DNA of 64,000 nucleotides, taken from assembly GCA_035636315.1 (NCBI GenBank), contig DASPZJ010000048.1, positions 908-64,907 on the forward strand. Reading direction: 5' to 3'. Below are positions 10,446 to 20,251 of the stretch, one piece after another. The stretch comes from Thermoplasmata archaeon (GTDB taxonomy: Archaea; Thermoplasmatota; Thermoplasmata; RBG-16-68-12). Position 1 is the first letter of the stretch. Every line of letters starts with the position of its first letter. Under the pieces are notes generated by a model. The model searched no databases. It saw nothing but the letters and a program-made list of their open reading frames with translations, and was not told the origin of the DNA. Made by a program: the position numbers and the translations under genes.

Positions 10446-10512
10446 GACCGAGTGGCCCGTTCCCCCGGGATTTTCGGCCCACTCACGACATTGGATCCGT
10501 TGCGGCTCGGTC
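10446..10512. promoter_or_regulatory. nested imperfect inverted repeats (GACCGAG/CTCGGTC outer; GAGTGGCCCG/CGGCCCACTC inner) directly after recombinase ORF; candidate recombination (att) site or terminator
   Basis: Read directly from sequence. Confidence 0.35.
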
Positions 10513-10555
10513 TACCCAGCGTATATGGCTGCGGGGGCAGGTCCGCATTGACAAT

Positions 10556-10586
10556 CCATAGAACTATCCGGACACATAGGGCTATG
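10556..10586. promoter_or_regulatory. CATAG/CTATG half-site cluster (CCATAG..CTAT..CATAGGGCTATG) upstream of RHH gene; candidate operator
   Basis: Palindrome CATAG-GG-CTATG at 10574-10586 plus CCATAG at 10556; ~20-45 nt upstream of RHH ATG. Confidence 0.3.
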
Positions 10587-10602
10587 GGCGTCGGGCCCAG
10601 TC

Positions 10603-10755
10603 CATGTCAAAGCGTGACAAGGCTCTCACGACGATTCAGCTGACGACGGAAACGCGCGATCGGGTCTTTCGCCTCAAGTTCCGGAAGACGTACGACGAGT
10701 TCCTGCAGGAACTATGCGACCTCTACGATGCTCAACACGCGGACGCACGAAAATG
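10603..10755 (+). CDS. small ribbon-helix-helix (CopG/Arc-like) DNA-binding protein, 50 aa
   Basis: MSKRDKALTTIQLTTETRDRVFRLKFRKTYDEFLQELCDLYDAQHADARK; beta-strand then two helices, typical RHH; below ORF-track size cutoff, found by manual translation. Confidence 0.5.
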
Positions 10756-10805
10756 AGCCTTGTCGGTCGCGTCAACGTCTAACCTATAATTTCACATATG
10801 GTATT

Positions 10806-10832
10806 GTGACAGCTATACAAAGCATATGTCAC
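10806..10832. promoter_or_regulatory. inverted repeats (CACATATG...CATATGTCAC; GTGACA/TGTCAC) with TATA-like elements upstream of rfcL
   Basis: ttcacatatggtattgtgacagctatacaaagcatatgtcac read directly; 60-90 nt upstream of RFC-L ATG. Confidence 0.3.
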
Positions 10833-10891
10833 GCCTACCTGAGCGGTTTCGCGCGACCCGTTGATAGAGTTATGTCGGCGCTCCCCGTTCC

Positions 10892-12277
10892 GTGTCCGAA
10901 CAAATGACGGCATGGACCGAGAAGCATCGGCCGAAGACCCTCGAGGAGATCGTCGGGAACCCGACCGCGGTGGCGGAGCTCCGGAAGTGGGCGGAGGCCT
11001 GGCAGCGCGGTCGCCCGGAGAAGCGGGCCGTGGCATTGCAGGGCGACCCGGGCGTCGGGAAGACCAGCGCCGCGCTCGCCCTCGCGAGCGAGATGGGCTG
11101 GAGCATCGTCGAGATGAACGCCTCGGACAGCCGCAACGCGGAGGCGATCCGCAAGGTCGCGACCCGAGGAGCCGTCCTCCAGACGTTCAGCGACACGGGC
11201 GAGTTCCTGGAGATCGAGAACGGAGGCCGAAAGCTCATCGTGCTCGACGAAGCGGACAACATCTTCGGGCGGGAAGACAAGGGCGGCGTCGCGGCGATCG
11301 TCGAGATGATCCAGAGGACGCAGCAGCCCGTCGTGCTGATCGTCAACGACTACTACGCGCTCACGCGCCGGTCGTCCTCCCTGAAGCGACTCTGCAAGAC
11401 CATCAAATTTCAAGGTATTCATGATGATGCGATGAAAAATATACTTCGAACCATCGCAGGGAGGGAAGGCCTCGATGCGGCCCCCGACGTCCTCGACGTC
11501 ATCGTCGAGCGGGCGAGCGGCGACCTGCGCTCGGCCATCAACGACCTCGAGTCCATTGCGATCGGCAAGAAGGAAGTCCGTGCGGCGTCCACGAAGTCCT
11601 TGGGCTATCGGGACCGCGAGCCCACGATCTTCCCGGTCATCGAGGAAATCTTGCGGTCGGGCGATGCGAGGCGGGCCCGCGAGGCGGTCCGAGACCTCGA
11701 CGAGACGCCGGAGGATCTCATCCTGTGGATCGATCAGAATTTGGCGCACGAGTTCGGCCGACCCGACGACCTCGTCCGGGGTTACGATGTCCTGAGCCGA
11801 GCCGACCTATTCCTGGGCCGGGTCCGCCGGCGACAGAGCTACGGCCTGTGGTCGTACGCCCGCGAGCTCATGTCGAGCGGCGTGGCGGTGGCCCGGAGAG
11901 GCCGGGCGCGCGGCGGACAGCTCGAGTTTCCGTACTACCTGATTCAGATGGCGCGATCCCGGGCGCAGCGCGGGGCCCGCAACTCGGTCGCGAGCAAGTT
12001 CGCCCGCTACCTGCATGCCTCGCAATCCCTGATGCGGAGCGATGTCCTGCCGGTCCTGAAAGCCCTGTTTGCCGGCGACGAGGAACTCCGAATCCAGTTG
12101 ACGGCCGAGCTGGGCCTCGATGAACGAGAGGTCGCGTTCCTCCTGGATGAGGCGGAGGCGAGCCACGCGGTCAAACATCTCCTTGAAAAAGCCGCTAAGA
12201 TCGCCCATCCGAAAGCGCGCGACGCGGCGGCCGGGCGGCTCCACGCGTTCGACGAGGGCGAGACGGACGACGCGTGA
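10892..12277 (+). CDS. rfcL: replication factor C large subunit
   Basis: WTEKHRPKTLEEIVGN, Walker A GDPGVGKTS, DEAD-like LIVLDEAD, RFC-L C-terminal region; 461 aa. Confidence 0.85.
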   Translation: MSEQMTAWTEKHRPKTLEEIVGNPTAVAELRKWAEAWQRGRPEKRAVALQGDPGVGKTSAALALASEMGWSIVEMNASDSRNAEAIRKVATRGAVLQTFSDTGEFLEIENGGRKLIVLDEADNIFGREDKGGVAAIVEMIQRTQQPVVLIVNDYYALTRRSSSLKRLCKTIKFQGIHDDAMKNILRTIAGREGLDAAPDVLDVIVERASGDLRSAINDLESIAIGKKEVRAASTKSLGYRDREPTIFPVIEEILRSGDARRAREAVRDLDETPEDLILWIDQNLAHEFGRPDDLVRGYDVLSRADLFLGRVRRRQSYGLWSYARELMSSGVAVARRGRARGGQLEFPYYLIQMARSRAQRGARNSVASKFARYLHASQSLMRSDVLPVLKALFAGDEELRIQLTAELGLDEREVAFLLDEAEASHAVKHLLEKAAKIAHPKARDAAAGRLHAFDEGETDDA

Positions 12278-12300
12278 AGCGGGCATCCGCCAGCGGAGCA

Positions 12301-12827
12301 TCGTCGGTCGACGGCTGGCCCTGGAGGACGCGGAGATCATCACGAAGTACACCTTCCCGTTCGTCGACGCGGAGTGGCGGGTCACGTTCACGGTCGTGGA
12401 CCGGATCGGGGGACCGCCGCGCGTCCTCGAGGGAGCGATCCGGTTCGACGGGGACCGACTGCACGCACCGAGCCGCGTGGCCGATCTGCGGCCGGTCGAA
12501 TCAATCCCGGCGGATCGCTTCGCGGAACTCGCGCATTTCGACCCCTGGTGGGCGTTCCGCGGGGTTTCCGGCGTGGACCGTCGATGGGTCGAAACGATTT
12601 TCTCGACGAACATCGCGCGGACGTTCGTTCAGGAGCATCGAACCCTGAAGGTCCACGACCTGCGGTTCTCCGACGATCTGCGTACACTCGAGGTGCTCCT
12701 CACGAAGGACGACGCGTTCCGAACGGTCGAGTTCCATGCGCGGGAGATTGATCTCCGTTCGCGTCGACGCGCACCGCACAGGTGCCGGGAGGCCGAGGCC
12801 CTCGGAAGCACGAAAGCCCTTTAACCC
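12301..12827 (+). CDS. hypothetical protein; coding-like frame without canonical start codon until 12415 (possible non-canonical start, frameshift or pseudogene)
   Basis: Frame of ORF 12120..12824 after rfcL stop reads ...LALEDAEIITKYTFPFVDAEWRVTFTVVDRIGGPPRVLEGAIRFDGDRL...DPWWAFRGVSGVDRRWVETIFSTNIARTFVQEHRTLKVHDLRFSDDLRTLEVLLTKDDAFRTVEFHAREIDL with GC3-rich codons; alternative frames are RS-rich junk. Confidence 0.35.
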
Positions 12828-12836
12828 GAACGGCAC

Positions 12837-13787
12837 ATGCCGCGGCGGATGGACCCGGAGAAGAAGGACGTCCTCGAGCGGCAAGGGTACCGCATCGTCG
12901 GAGAGCACAGCGGCGTCAAGCTCTGCCACTGGACGAAGGCGAGTCTGACGAAGGGCATCGGCTGCTACAAGCAGACCTTCTACGGGATCGAAAGCCACCG
13001 GTGCCTCCAGATGACGCCCACCGTGGACGCGTGCAACCTCTCGTGTCAGTTCTGCTGGCGCACGCAGGAGTGGGGATCGGACAGTCTGCTCGAGGCGGAC
13101 GACCCGGTGTTCCTCGTCGACGAATCGATCGAGGCGCAACGAGAGTTGCTGAGCGGCTACAACGGCAACCCGAACGTGAGCCGCGAACGATTCCTGGAGG
13201 CGTGGCACCCCTCGAACGTGGCGATCAGCCTGACGGGCGAACCGACGCTCTACAAGCGGCTCGGGGAGATGATCGACGAGTTCAAGCGACGGCACATCTC
13301 CACGTTCCTCGTGACGAACGGCACGACGCCCTCGGTCCTCCGGCGCATGCACGCGGAGGGCCGACTCCCGACGCAACTGTACGTCACCGTGGCGGCGCCG
13401 AACGAGGAGGTCTACCGCAAGCTCGTCGCGCCGAAGTCGGACCACGAGTTCCGGAAGCTGCGGGAGACGCTCGCCCTGCTCCCCACCCTTCCCACGAGGA
13501 CGGTGATCCGACACACCCTCGTGCAGGGCTGGAACCTCGGTTGGGAGGACGAATACGCGGAACTCGACCGCGTCGCGCAGCCGATGTTCATCGAGTGCAA
13601 AGGGTACAGCTTCGTAGGCGAGAGCCGCCTGCGCCTCCAGGCGGACAACGTCCCCTCCCACGCGTCCATCCGGACCTTCGCGGAACGCCTCGCGGACCGC
13701 ATCGGATACCGACCGGCGGCGGAGCGCGAGGACAGCCGCGTTCTACTCTTGACCCGGGACGGCCAGCTCCATCCTCTTTCCGGATGA
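12837..13787 (+). CDS. taw1: tRNA wyosine biosynthesis radical-SAM enzyme Taw1 (TYW1 homolog)
   Basis: CNLSCQFCWR radical SAM cluster motif; upstream Cys cluster; 316 aa. Confidence 0.8.
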   Translation: MPRRMDPEKKDVLERQGYRIVGEHSGVKLCHWTKASLTKGIGCYKQTFYGIESHRCLQMTPTVDACNLSCQFCWRTQEWGSDSLLEADDPVFLVDESIEAQRELLSGYNGNPNVSRERFLEAWHPSNVAISLTGEPTLYKRLGEMIDEFKRRHISTFLVTNGTTPSVLRRMHAEGRLPTQLYVTVAAPNEEVYRKLVAPKSDHEFRKLRETLALLPTLPTRTVIRHTLVQGWNLGWEDEYAELDRVAQPMFIECKGYSFVGESRLRLQADNVPSHASIRTFAERLADRIGYRPAAEREDSRVLLLTRDGQLHPLSG

Positions 13788-14494
13788 GAGAATTTACGGC
13801 GTCGGTTTTTATAACCCCGTTCGGATACGACGCCATTACCCTCCAGGTCGCAAGCCTGATCCGGCGAGGATACGACACGATCGCCGTCCGCGTCAAGAAG
13901 CTGGGCCGTCGGAAGATCCTCATCGGTGCGGGCATCGTCGCGATCGTCGTGTTCGTCGTCGGGCTCGGCCTGGGATCGGTCGACCTGCTTGGCGTGCTCA
14001 CCGAGGCGTACAATACGCCCTGGCTCTACATGCTGATCGCTTTCGTGTACGCGATCCTCGTCGCGGTGATCCTGCCGATCCCGATTGAGATCGCTCTGCT
14101 GCCTCCGCTCCTGGAGGACCGCTGGGGCTATCTGGCCGGCACCGCGCTCGCGATCGCGGCGGGCAAGACGATCGGCGCCTGGCTGATCTTCTGGTTCGGG
14201 CTGAACCTCGAAGGCTCGGTCCGAAAGTGGTCAGACCGATGGCGGCTCGCCCGGTGGTTCGTGGCCAAGGCGGAGAAGTTCGTTGGGAAGACGGGCTACA
14301 CCGGAATCTACCTGCTCCTCAGCGTCCCTCTGATGAGCGACACAATCCCGATCTACATCTACTCGCTCTTCAACGCCGATGGCAAGGCGCTCGAGCGGAA
14401 CATGTTCCTCATCGCGAACTTTCTCGCGGCGCTGAATCGCGTCGCGATCCTCGGCGTCGCGTTCGCGATCGGCGCGAACCTCTTCGCCCGGTGA
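13784..14494 (+). CDS. integral membrane protein (possibly DedA/VTT-like)
   Basis: ATG overlaps taw1 stop (ATGA); ~5 TM helices; MREFTASVFITPFGYD...; family assignment uncertain. Confidence 0.5.
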   Translation: MREFTASVFITPFGYDAITLQVASLIRRGYDTIAVRVKKLGRRKILIGAGIVAIVVFVVGLGLGSVDLLGVLTEAYNTPWLYMLIAFVYAILVAVILPIPIEIALLPPLLEDRWGYLAGTALAIAAGKTIGAWLIFWFGLNLEGSVRKWSDRWRLARWFVAKAEKFVGKTGYTGIYLLLSVPLMSDTIPIYIYSLFNADGKALERNMFLIANFLAALNRVAILGVAFAIGANLFAR

Positions 14495-14533
14495 CGCCCG
14501 AACCCTTATCCGAGGACGCGGATTGGCGCGGCC

Positions 14534-15517
14534 GTGTTCGAGCTCCCGTCGATCCTGACGGCGGACGGCCTCCTCGACAAGGCGTTCGGTCGCGCGATGA
14601 AGGCGACCGCGAAGGGCCCGGACCGCATGACGCGAGCGCGGAACCTGGCGGTCGCCCGCGTCGGGACCGCGGGGAAGGCGATCGAATCGACGCTCCGCGG
14701 ATACGTGAAAGGCTTCCCGAGCCTAGAGCGGCTCCCGCCGTTCTACCGCGAGCTGGTCGACGTCCTGGTGGACCTCGGCCAGTTGAAGAAGCACCTCGGC
14801 GCGGTCGACTGGGCCGCGCAGAAGGCCGCGGAGATCACGAGGGACTACCGCCGGCGGATCGGGCGAGGGCCAGGGGCCGACATCGGCGCCCTGCGGCGGG
14901 AGGCGTACGGCCGGCTCTCCTCCCTCGTGCGCCAGGTGAGCGGCGACCTCGACGCCCTCGTGGAGGCCCGCCGGGCGTTGCGGAAGCTCCCGTCCATCGA
15001 CCCCGAGGTGCCGACGATCGTCGTCGCTGGCTATCCGAACGTGGGCAAGAGCTCGTTCGTCCGCGCCGTGTCGACCGGCCGTCCGAAGATCGCGGACTAT
15101 CCCTTCACGACGAAAGGCGTGTCCCTCGGTCACATCCAACGCGGCGTGCGCCGATACCAGATCCTCGACACCCCGGGGATCCTCGATCGGCCCATGGAGA
15201 AGCGGAATCGCATGGAGCGCCAGGCGATCGCGGCGCTGCGGCATCTCGCGGAGGCCGTCGTCTTCCTGGTCGATCCGACGGAGACGTGCGGCTACCCGCT
15301 TGACGACCAGATGCGGCTCCTCGAGGAGGTGCGGGCGCTCTTCCCGGACGTCCCGCTCGTCGTCGCGGAGAACAAGGCCGACCTCGAAGGTCCGTCGCGG
15401 GGCCACCTGCGGATCTCGACCCTCAGCGGCGAGGGCGTGGTCGACGTCCTCGACCAGGTCCTGTCGACGCTCACCAGCCGCGATCCTGCATTCGCGCTTC
15501 GATCGGCATCGCCTTAG
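14534..15517 (+). CDS. NOG1-family GTP-binding protein (archaeal Nog1)
   Basis: G1 [10 protein letters not shown]3 DTPG, G4 ENKADL; NOG1 N-terminal helical domain. Confidence 0.8.
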   Translation: MFELPSILTADGLLDKAFGRAMKATAKGPDRMTRARNLAVARVGTAGKAIESTLRGYVKGFPSLERLPPFYRELVDVLVDLGQLKKHLGAVDWAAQKAAEITRDYRRRIGRGPGADIGALRREAYGRLSSLVRQVSGDLDALVEARRALRKLPSIDPEVPTIVVAGYPNVGKSSFVRAVSTGRPKIADYPFTTKGVSLGHIQRGVRRYQILDTPGILDRPMEKRNRMERQAIAALRHLAEAVVFLVDPTETCGYPLDDQMRLLEEVRALFPDVPLVVAENKADLEGPSRGHLRISTLSGEGVVDVLDQVLSTLTSRDPAFALRSASP

Positions 15518-16490
15518 CGTCGAGGCCCTTCATCGCCAAGCCGATCCCCTTCGAGACCTCCGCGACCGTGCCCGGGTCGTCGAAGTGGGCGACCGCATCG
15601 ACGATCGCGCGGCCGCGGGTCTCGGGGTTCTCCGACTTGAAAATGCCCGATCCGACGAAGACGCCGTCGCAGCCCATGAGCATCATCAGCGCCGCGTCCG
15701 CCGGGGTCGCGATCCCGCCCGCGGCGAAGTTGACGACGGGCAGACGCTGGATCTTCTTGACCTCACCGAGGATCTGGAAGATGCCCTCCGAAATGTCGTC
15801 CAGGGTCGCGCCGGCGAACACGACGTCGGCCTCGTGCACGACGGCATCCTGACCGTGCGCCGTCCGGACCTCCCGCAGAAGCGTCGTGAAGCTGTCCGCG
15901 AACTTCGTCGCGATCCCGTAGAGCCGGTCGTTGTCCTGCGACTTGAGCTCCGCGATGGCCTGCGTCATGAGGCGCATGTGGCGGACCGCCTCGACGACGT
16001 CGCCGGTGCCCGGCTCGCCCTTCGTGCGGATCATCGCCGCGCCCTCCCAGACGCGCCGCACCGCCTCGCCGAGGTTTCGGGCCCCGCAGACGAACGGGAC
16101 CTCGAAGGCGCGCTTGTTGACATGGAGGAAGGGATCCGCGGGCGTCAGGACCTCGGACTCGTCGATCATGTCCGCGCCGAGGGACTCAAGGGCCCGGGCC
16201 TCGGCCTCGTGCCCGATGCGGCACTTCGCCATGACGGGGACCGTGACGGCATCCATGATCTCCTGGATCCTGATCGGGTCCGCCATGCGGGCCACGCCGC
16301 CGGCCGCGCGGATGTCCGCGGGGACGCGCTCGAGTGCCATCACCGCGACGGCGCCGGCCTCCTCCGCGATCAACGCCTGCTCGGCGTTCGTGACGTCCAT
16401 CACGACGCCGCCTTTCTGCATCTTCGCGAAGCCGCGCTTGAGCAGCTCCGTGCCGAATCGCAGCTTCGTCAGGTCGAGGTCGAGGGGCAT
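15471..16490 (-). CDS. pdxS: pyridoxal 5'-phosphate synthase subunit PdxS
   Basis: C-terminal 339 aa of ORF 15471..17165: GGVIMDV.., [16 protein letters not shown] motifs; upstream part of that ORF is spurious. Confidence 0.85.
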   Translation of the reverse strand: MPLDLDLTKLRFGTELLKRGFAKMQKGGVVMDVTNAEQALIAEEAGAVAVMALERVPADIRAAGGVARMADPIRIQEIMDAVTVPVMAKCRIGHEAEARALESLGADMIDESEVLTPADPFLHVNKRAFEVPFVCGARNLGEAVRRVWEGAAMIRTKGEPGTGDVVEAVRHMRLMTQAIAELKSQDNDRLYGIATKFADSFTTLLREVRTAHGQDAVVHEADVVFAGATLDDISEGIFQILGEVKKIQRLPVVNFAAGGIATPADAALMMLMGCDGVFVGSGIFKSENPETRGRAIVDAVAHFDDPGTVAEVSKGIGLAMKGLDAKAMPIEARMQDRGW

Positions 16491-16660
16491 TCTCGCGCTC
16501 CGGGTCGAGCTACGGTCCGTGGGTATTTCTATTTTGTGGGCGCCATTATGGGAAAACGCATCCTTAAGGTTGCAAGGAGACGCCCGCGCCGGAGGTCCTC
16601 GCTCACCGCCTTCACGCGTCGTGTCTCTCCCGACGAATGGCGCCTTCGGAACCTCGGCCT

Positions 16661-17146
16661 TCAAAGGGCTTTGTGAGAGGCCCACATGACGTCGGCAACA
16701 TTGAACACGGCAGTAATCAAGAGATAGATGGGGGCGGCTCCTAGAAAGTACGTGCCGAAGTCTTCGCCGGGTGATATCTCCGTTTCGACGTAGATCAGGG
16801 CGAAGATCGGAACAACGGAAAGAGACAAAGCCCCGAGCACGGCGAGCCAGACCGCCCTGGATCGCTCGGCGGGGGTCTTTCGGTACCACCCATTCCGGCG
16901 CTGCATGTAGGCCCTCTGGTACCGCGGGGTGAGCGAGTACAGCACAGCGAACAGGAAGATCGAAAACGCAATCATGAAGACGATCTCCCCAAAGGCTATT
17001 GGAGACCCGCTCAACAGCCGCGGCAGAACAAACAAGACACGAAGGAGAAGATTGAACGCGATGGCCGCCGCCAGAAAATAGGAACTTAATCTCAGCGTCC
17101 TGAGGTCCGCGGCCGCAGGACCGACTGAGAAGTTCGCGGTCTCCAT
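16661..17146 (-). CDS. hypothetical 4-TM membrane protein
   Basis: 161 aa with four hydrophobic helices, not low-complexity; overlaps only spurious frames. Confidence 0.45.
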   Translation of the reverse strand: METANFSVGPAAADLRTLRLSSYFLAAAIAFNLLLRVLFVLPRLLSGSPIAFGEIVFMIAFSIFLFAVLYSLTPRYQRAYMQRRNGWYRKTPAERSRAVWLAVLGALSLSVVPIFALIYVETEISPGEDFGTYFLGAAPIYLLITAVFNVADVMWASHKAL

Positions 17147-17272
17147 TCATACTTGCATGGCGCATGGGGCCATAGCTCTTGCGAACCGGAGGGCTTGCCG
17201 TTTCCGGTTTCAGGGACGAGGCCGACGCGCTGCGGGAAACGCTTAAGCCGGGCTCCCGTTTCCTCGCGTCCC

Positions 17273-17809
17273 GTGCACGTCGTCTGTGTCACGGGAATGC
17301 CCGGATGCGGCAAGGAGGAGGTCCTGTCCGTGGCGCAGGAACTCGGGTTCTCAATCGTCCGCATGGGCGACGTCGTGCGAGAGGAGGCCCAACGGCGAGG
17401 CCTGCCGATCACGGACGCCGCGGTCGGCGGGCTCGCGCATGCGGAGCGTCAGGCGCACGGGTATGGCGTGTGGGCCGAGCGGATCCTGCCTCGAATCCGG
17501 GGCGAGCGCATCCTGGTCGACGGCCTCCGGGGCCGTGCCGAACTCGACGTGTTCCGCAAGGCGATCGGAGACCACCTGACGGTCCTCGCGATCCACGCCT
17601 CCCCGATGACCCGCTACCAACGCATGATGAAGCGCCGCCGAACGGACGACGCGCCGGGGTACGAGGCGTTCCGGGCCCGGGACATCCGGGAGCTGGGCTG
17701 GGGGCTCGGCGAGGTCATCGCGATCGCGGATGTCATGCTCGTGAACGAAGGCGCTCTCGAAGAATTCCGCCGGCAGGCGCGCGAGGCGTTGGAGCGGCTG
17801 CATGGCTAA
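17273..17809 (+). CDS. UPF0200-family P-loop nucleotide kinase-like protein
   Basis: GTG start; [44 protein letters not shown] matches UPF0200 N-terminus (MKIIGITGMPGSGKS...); ORF-track N-terminal extension rejected. Confidence 0.6.
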   Translation: MHVVCVTGMPGCGKEEVLSVAQELGFSIVRMGDVVREEAQRRGLPITDAAVGGLAHAERQAHGYGVWAERILPRIRGERILVDGLRGRAELDVFRKAIGDHLTVLAIHASPMTRYQRMMKRRRTDDAPGYEAFRARDIRELGWGLGEVIAIADVMLVNEGALEEFRRQAREALERLHG

Positions 17810-18236
17810 GCTGCCCGTGCACTGGATCGAAGCCCGGGCGTACTGCCATGCGACGGAGGAGGAGGCGCGTGTCGCCCAGGCGCTCGACACCGCCTGCCCT
17901 GCCGGGGAGACCGTGCGGGAATCGCTGGAGGGGCACTTTGGCAACCCGCTTGTGCGGCTCACGCGACGCGTCGAAGAGGGGAAGGCGATCCGCTCGGTTT
18001 GGGATCGATGGACCGCCGCCGGCCTCCCGGAGAGCATCGCGCGGGATCTCGAGAGCCGGGTGGACGACGATGGGGTCCTCCACTTCCGGATCGACAAGCA
18101 GGCCGCCTACCTCGAGAAGCTGACGCTCGCGCAGGACACCGACCCGATTGATGTGCGCCTGAAACTGATGGCGTTCCCGGCGAAACCGGAGGTGGCGAGG
18201 CAACTTGCCCGCTCCATCCTAGCGGGAGGACTTTGA
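17802..18236 (+). CDS. UPF0201 / COG1325-like predicted RNA-binding (exosome-associated) protein
   Basis: [28 protein letters not shown] resembles H.IE.R.F.H.TEDEEKV signature; overlaps upstream gene by 8 nt. Confidence 0.5.
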   Translation: MAKLPVHWIEARAYCHATEEEARVAQALDTACPAGETVRESLEGHFGNPLVRLTRRVEEGKAIRSVWDRWTAAGLPESIARDLESRVDDDGVLHFRIDKQAAYLEKLTLAQDTDPIDVRLKLMAFPAKPEVARQLARSILAGGL

Positions 18237-19400
18237 GTGCGGCTCACGACGGCGCAACGGCGCCTCCGGGACGAAGGCTCGCCCGCCCAACGGACGTCGA
18301 TGCGGCTCCTCCTGACGGTCGCTCGACTCTCGGACGCGGACCGGCTCGTGCCGATCACCTCGGCCCACGTCTCCGGGGCGTCGTACAAGATGATCGGCGA
18401 CCCGGGACTCGAGTTCCTCGAGGACTTCGCCCGAGACGCCCGCGTCAGGGTCCCGACGACGGTGAACCCGCTCGGCACGGATCTCGCGCAATGGAGAGAG
18501 CTCGGGGTGTCGGAGACGTTCGCGGCAAAACAACGACGCATCGCGTCCGCGTACGAGACGATGGGCGCGCGGCCGACCTACTCGTGCACGCCGTACGATG
18601 ATCTCCCTCGCCCCGCGTTTGGCGAGCACCTCGCGTGGGCCGAATCGAATGCGGTGTGTTTCGCAAATTCCGTGCTCGGCGCCCGCACGAACCGGGAAGG
18701 CGGTCCGTCCGCCCTCGCCGCGGCGATCGTCGGCGCCACGCCCGACTACGGGCTGCATCGGGACGAGGGACGCCAGCCCACGGTCATCGTCGACGTGCGC
18801 ACGAGGCCCCGAGGGATCGACTTCTCCCTCCTCGGACTCGTGGCCGGCGAGCGGGTGGGAGACGGCCTCCCGTACTTCCGCGGATTCCGCGGCACGGAAG
18901 CCGACCTGAAGTGGCTCGGCGCGGCGCTCGCTTCCTCCGGATCGTGCGCGATGTTCCATCTCGCGGGCATCACCCCCGAGGCGCGCCGCGCGCGTCTCCG
19001 GGGGCTGAAAACCATTTCGATCGACCGCGCCGACCTTCGGGCGACCGAGCGGCGCTACTCCGACGGCACGGACGCCGACCTGATTGCGTTCGGGTCGCCG
19101 CAGCTCTCGGCCGCCGAGTTGCGCGATGTCGCGACGCTCGTCGGTCGGACGCCGCCTCGCATCCCGGTCTGGGTCTTCACGAGCCGCGCGGTGCGGGAGG
19201 CGAATCCGGATTCCGTGGCCGCGATCGAGCGGCACGGAGGCCGGGTCCTCGCCGACACCTGCCTCGAGGTCACGATGCTGGAGCACCGATTCGGCACGGT
19301 CGCGACGCCCTCGGGGAAGGGCGCGTACTATCTGCCGAGCCTGTGCCACCAGAAGGTCATCCTGGCCGACGTCCGGTATCTCCTGGAGCGGTACGCATGA
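18237..19400 (+). CDS. aconitase X (AcnX) large/catalytic subunit; likely phosphomevalonate dehydratase large subunit of the archaeal mevalonate pathway
   Basis: 387 aa; PITSAHVSGASY..GDPGLEFL, cysteine ligand region SGSCAMFHLAG; GTG start abuts UPF0201 stop (TGAGTG). Confidence 0.65.
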   Translation: MRLTTAQRRLRDEGSPAQRTSMRLLLTVARLSDADRLVPITSAHVSGASYKMIGDPGLEFLEDFARDARVRVPTTVNPLGTDLAQWRELGVSETFAAKQRRIASAYETMGARPTYSCTPYDDLPRPAFGEHLAWAESNAVCFANSVLGARTNREGGPSALAAAIVGATPDYGLHRDEGRQPTVIVDVRTRPRGIDFSLLGLVAGERVGDGLPYFRGFRGTEADLKWLGAALASSGSCAMFHLAGITPEARRARLRGLKTISIDRADLRATERRYSDGTDADLIAFGSPQLSAAELRDVATLVGRTPPRIPVWVFTSRAVREANPDSVAAIERHGGRVLADTCLEVTMLEHRFGTVATPSGKGAYYLPSLCHQKVILADVRYLLERYA

Positions 19401-20251
19401 GGATCCGCGCGCGGCCGATCGCTCCCGGTCGGGCGACCGGGACCGCCCTCGTCCATCCGCAGCCATTCTCCTTCGTGGGCGGGGTGGATCCGAGGACCGG
19501 GGCCGTGCTCGACCGCGGCGCGCCCGCGCCGGGACGTTCGCTCGCGGGGCGCGTGTTCGCCTTCCCGCATGGAAAGGGGAGCACGGTCGGGTCGTACGTG
19601 CTCTACGGCCTGGGACGGCGCGGCGTGGGGCCGGCGGCGATCGTGAACTCGCGCGCCGAAGCGATCGTCGCGGTCGGCGCCGTCCTCGCGGGCGTCCCGA
19701 TGGTCGACCGAGTGGATGTCGGAGGAATCCGGTCGGAGGATCGGATCACGGTCGATGGGGATCGCGGCGTCGTCGAGCTCCCCGAGGTACGTGGGCGCGC
19801 CGTCGTGTCCGCGGTCCTCCGAAACCATGGACGGATCCTGATCGTCCGGCGGAGCGAAGCGGTCGGGAGCTTCCAGGGTCGCTGGTCCGCGGTATCCGGC
19901 TACATCGAGGGGCGAGAGGATCCGCGCGACCGCGCGGTCCGCGAGGTCCGGGAGGAGACGGGCCTCCGACGTCTCGTCCTTCGGGCGACCGGGCAGCCGG
20001 TGCTCGCACGGACCGACGCCACGGTGTACGTCGTCCATCCGTTCCTCTTCGACGTCCCGAGCCGCGCGGTCCGACTCGACTGGGAGAACGTCGATCACGC
20101 GTGGGTCCGGCCCGAGGACCTGGGCCGATACGACACGGTCCCCCGACTGGAGGACGTCATCGGGTCCGTCCTGCCGTCGACCGCGTCGACTCCCAGGCCG
20201 TCCCCGAGGCGTCCCCGGAAGACGATCAGGAAGACGGTTTCCCCGGGATGA
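19397..20251 (+). CDS. AcnX small subunit (DUF126-like) fused to C-terminal Nudix hydrolase domain
   Basis: ATG overlaps large-subunit stop (ATGA); N-terminal ~130 aa MRIRARPIAPGRATGTALVHPQPFSFVGGVDPRTG...; C-terminal perfect Nudix box GYIEGREDPRDRAVREVREETGL. Confidence 0.6.
   Translation: MRIRARPIAPGRATGTALVHPQPFSFVGGVDPRTGAVLDRGAPAPGRSLAGRVFAFPHGKGSTVGSYVLYGLGRRGVGPAAIVNSRAEAIVAVGAVLAGVPMVDRVDVGGIRSEDRITVDGDRGVVELPEVRGRAVVSAVLRNHGRILIVRRSEAVGSFQGRWSAVSGYIEGREDPRDRAVREVREETGLRRLVLRATGQPVLARTDATVYVVHPFLFDVPSRAVRLDWENVDHAWVRPEDLGRYDTVPRLEDVIGSVLPSTASTPRPSPRRPRKTIRKTVSPG

Larger units (their letters stand above)
8570..10891. mobile_element. putative integrated element remnant (serine recombinase + RHH protein) between hmgA and rfcL
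   Basis: AT-rich flanks (8570-8780, 10756-10891) contrast with ~65% GC; contains disrupted large serine recombinase, small RHH gene and nested inverted repeats. Confidence 0.45.

Noticed and set aside
12501-13661. Minus-strand ORFs antisense to taw1 (12501..13661) and many similar GC-rich antisense or overlapping ORFs throughout the track
   Set aside because: Low-complexity R/G/P/D/E-rich translations overlapping strongly motif-supported genes. The same reasoning was applied to the other long overlapping track ORFs not listed as features.
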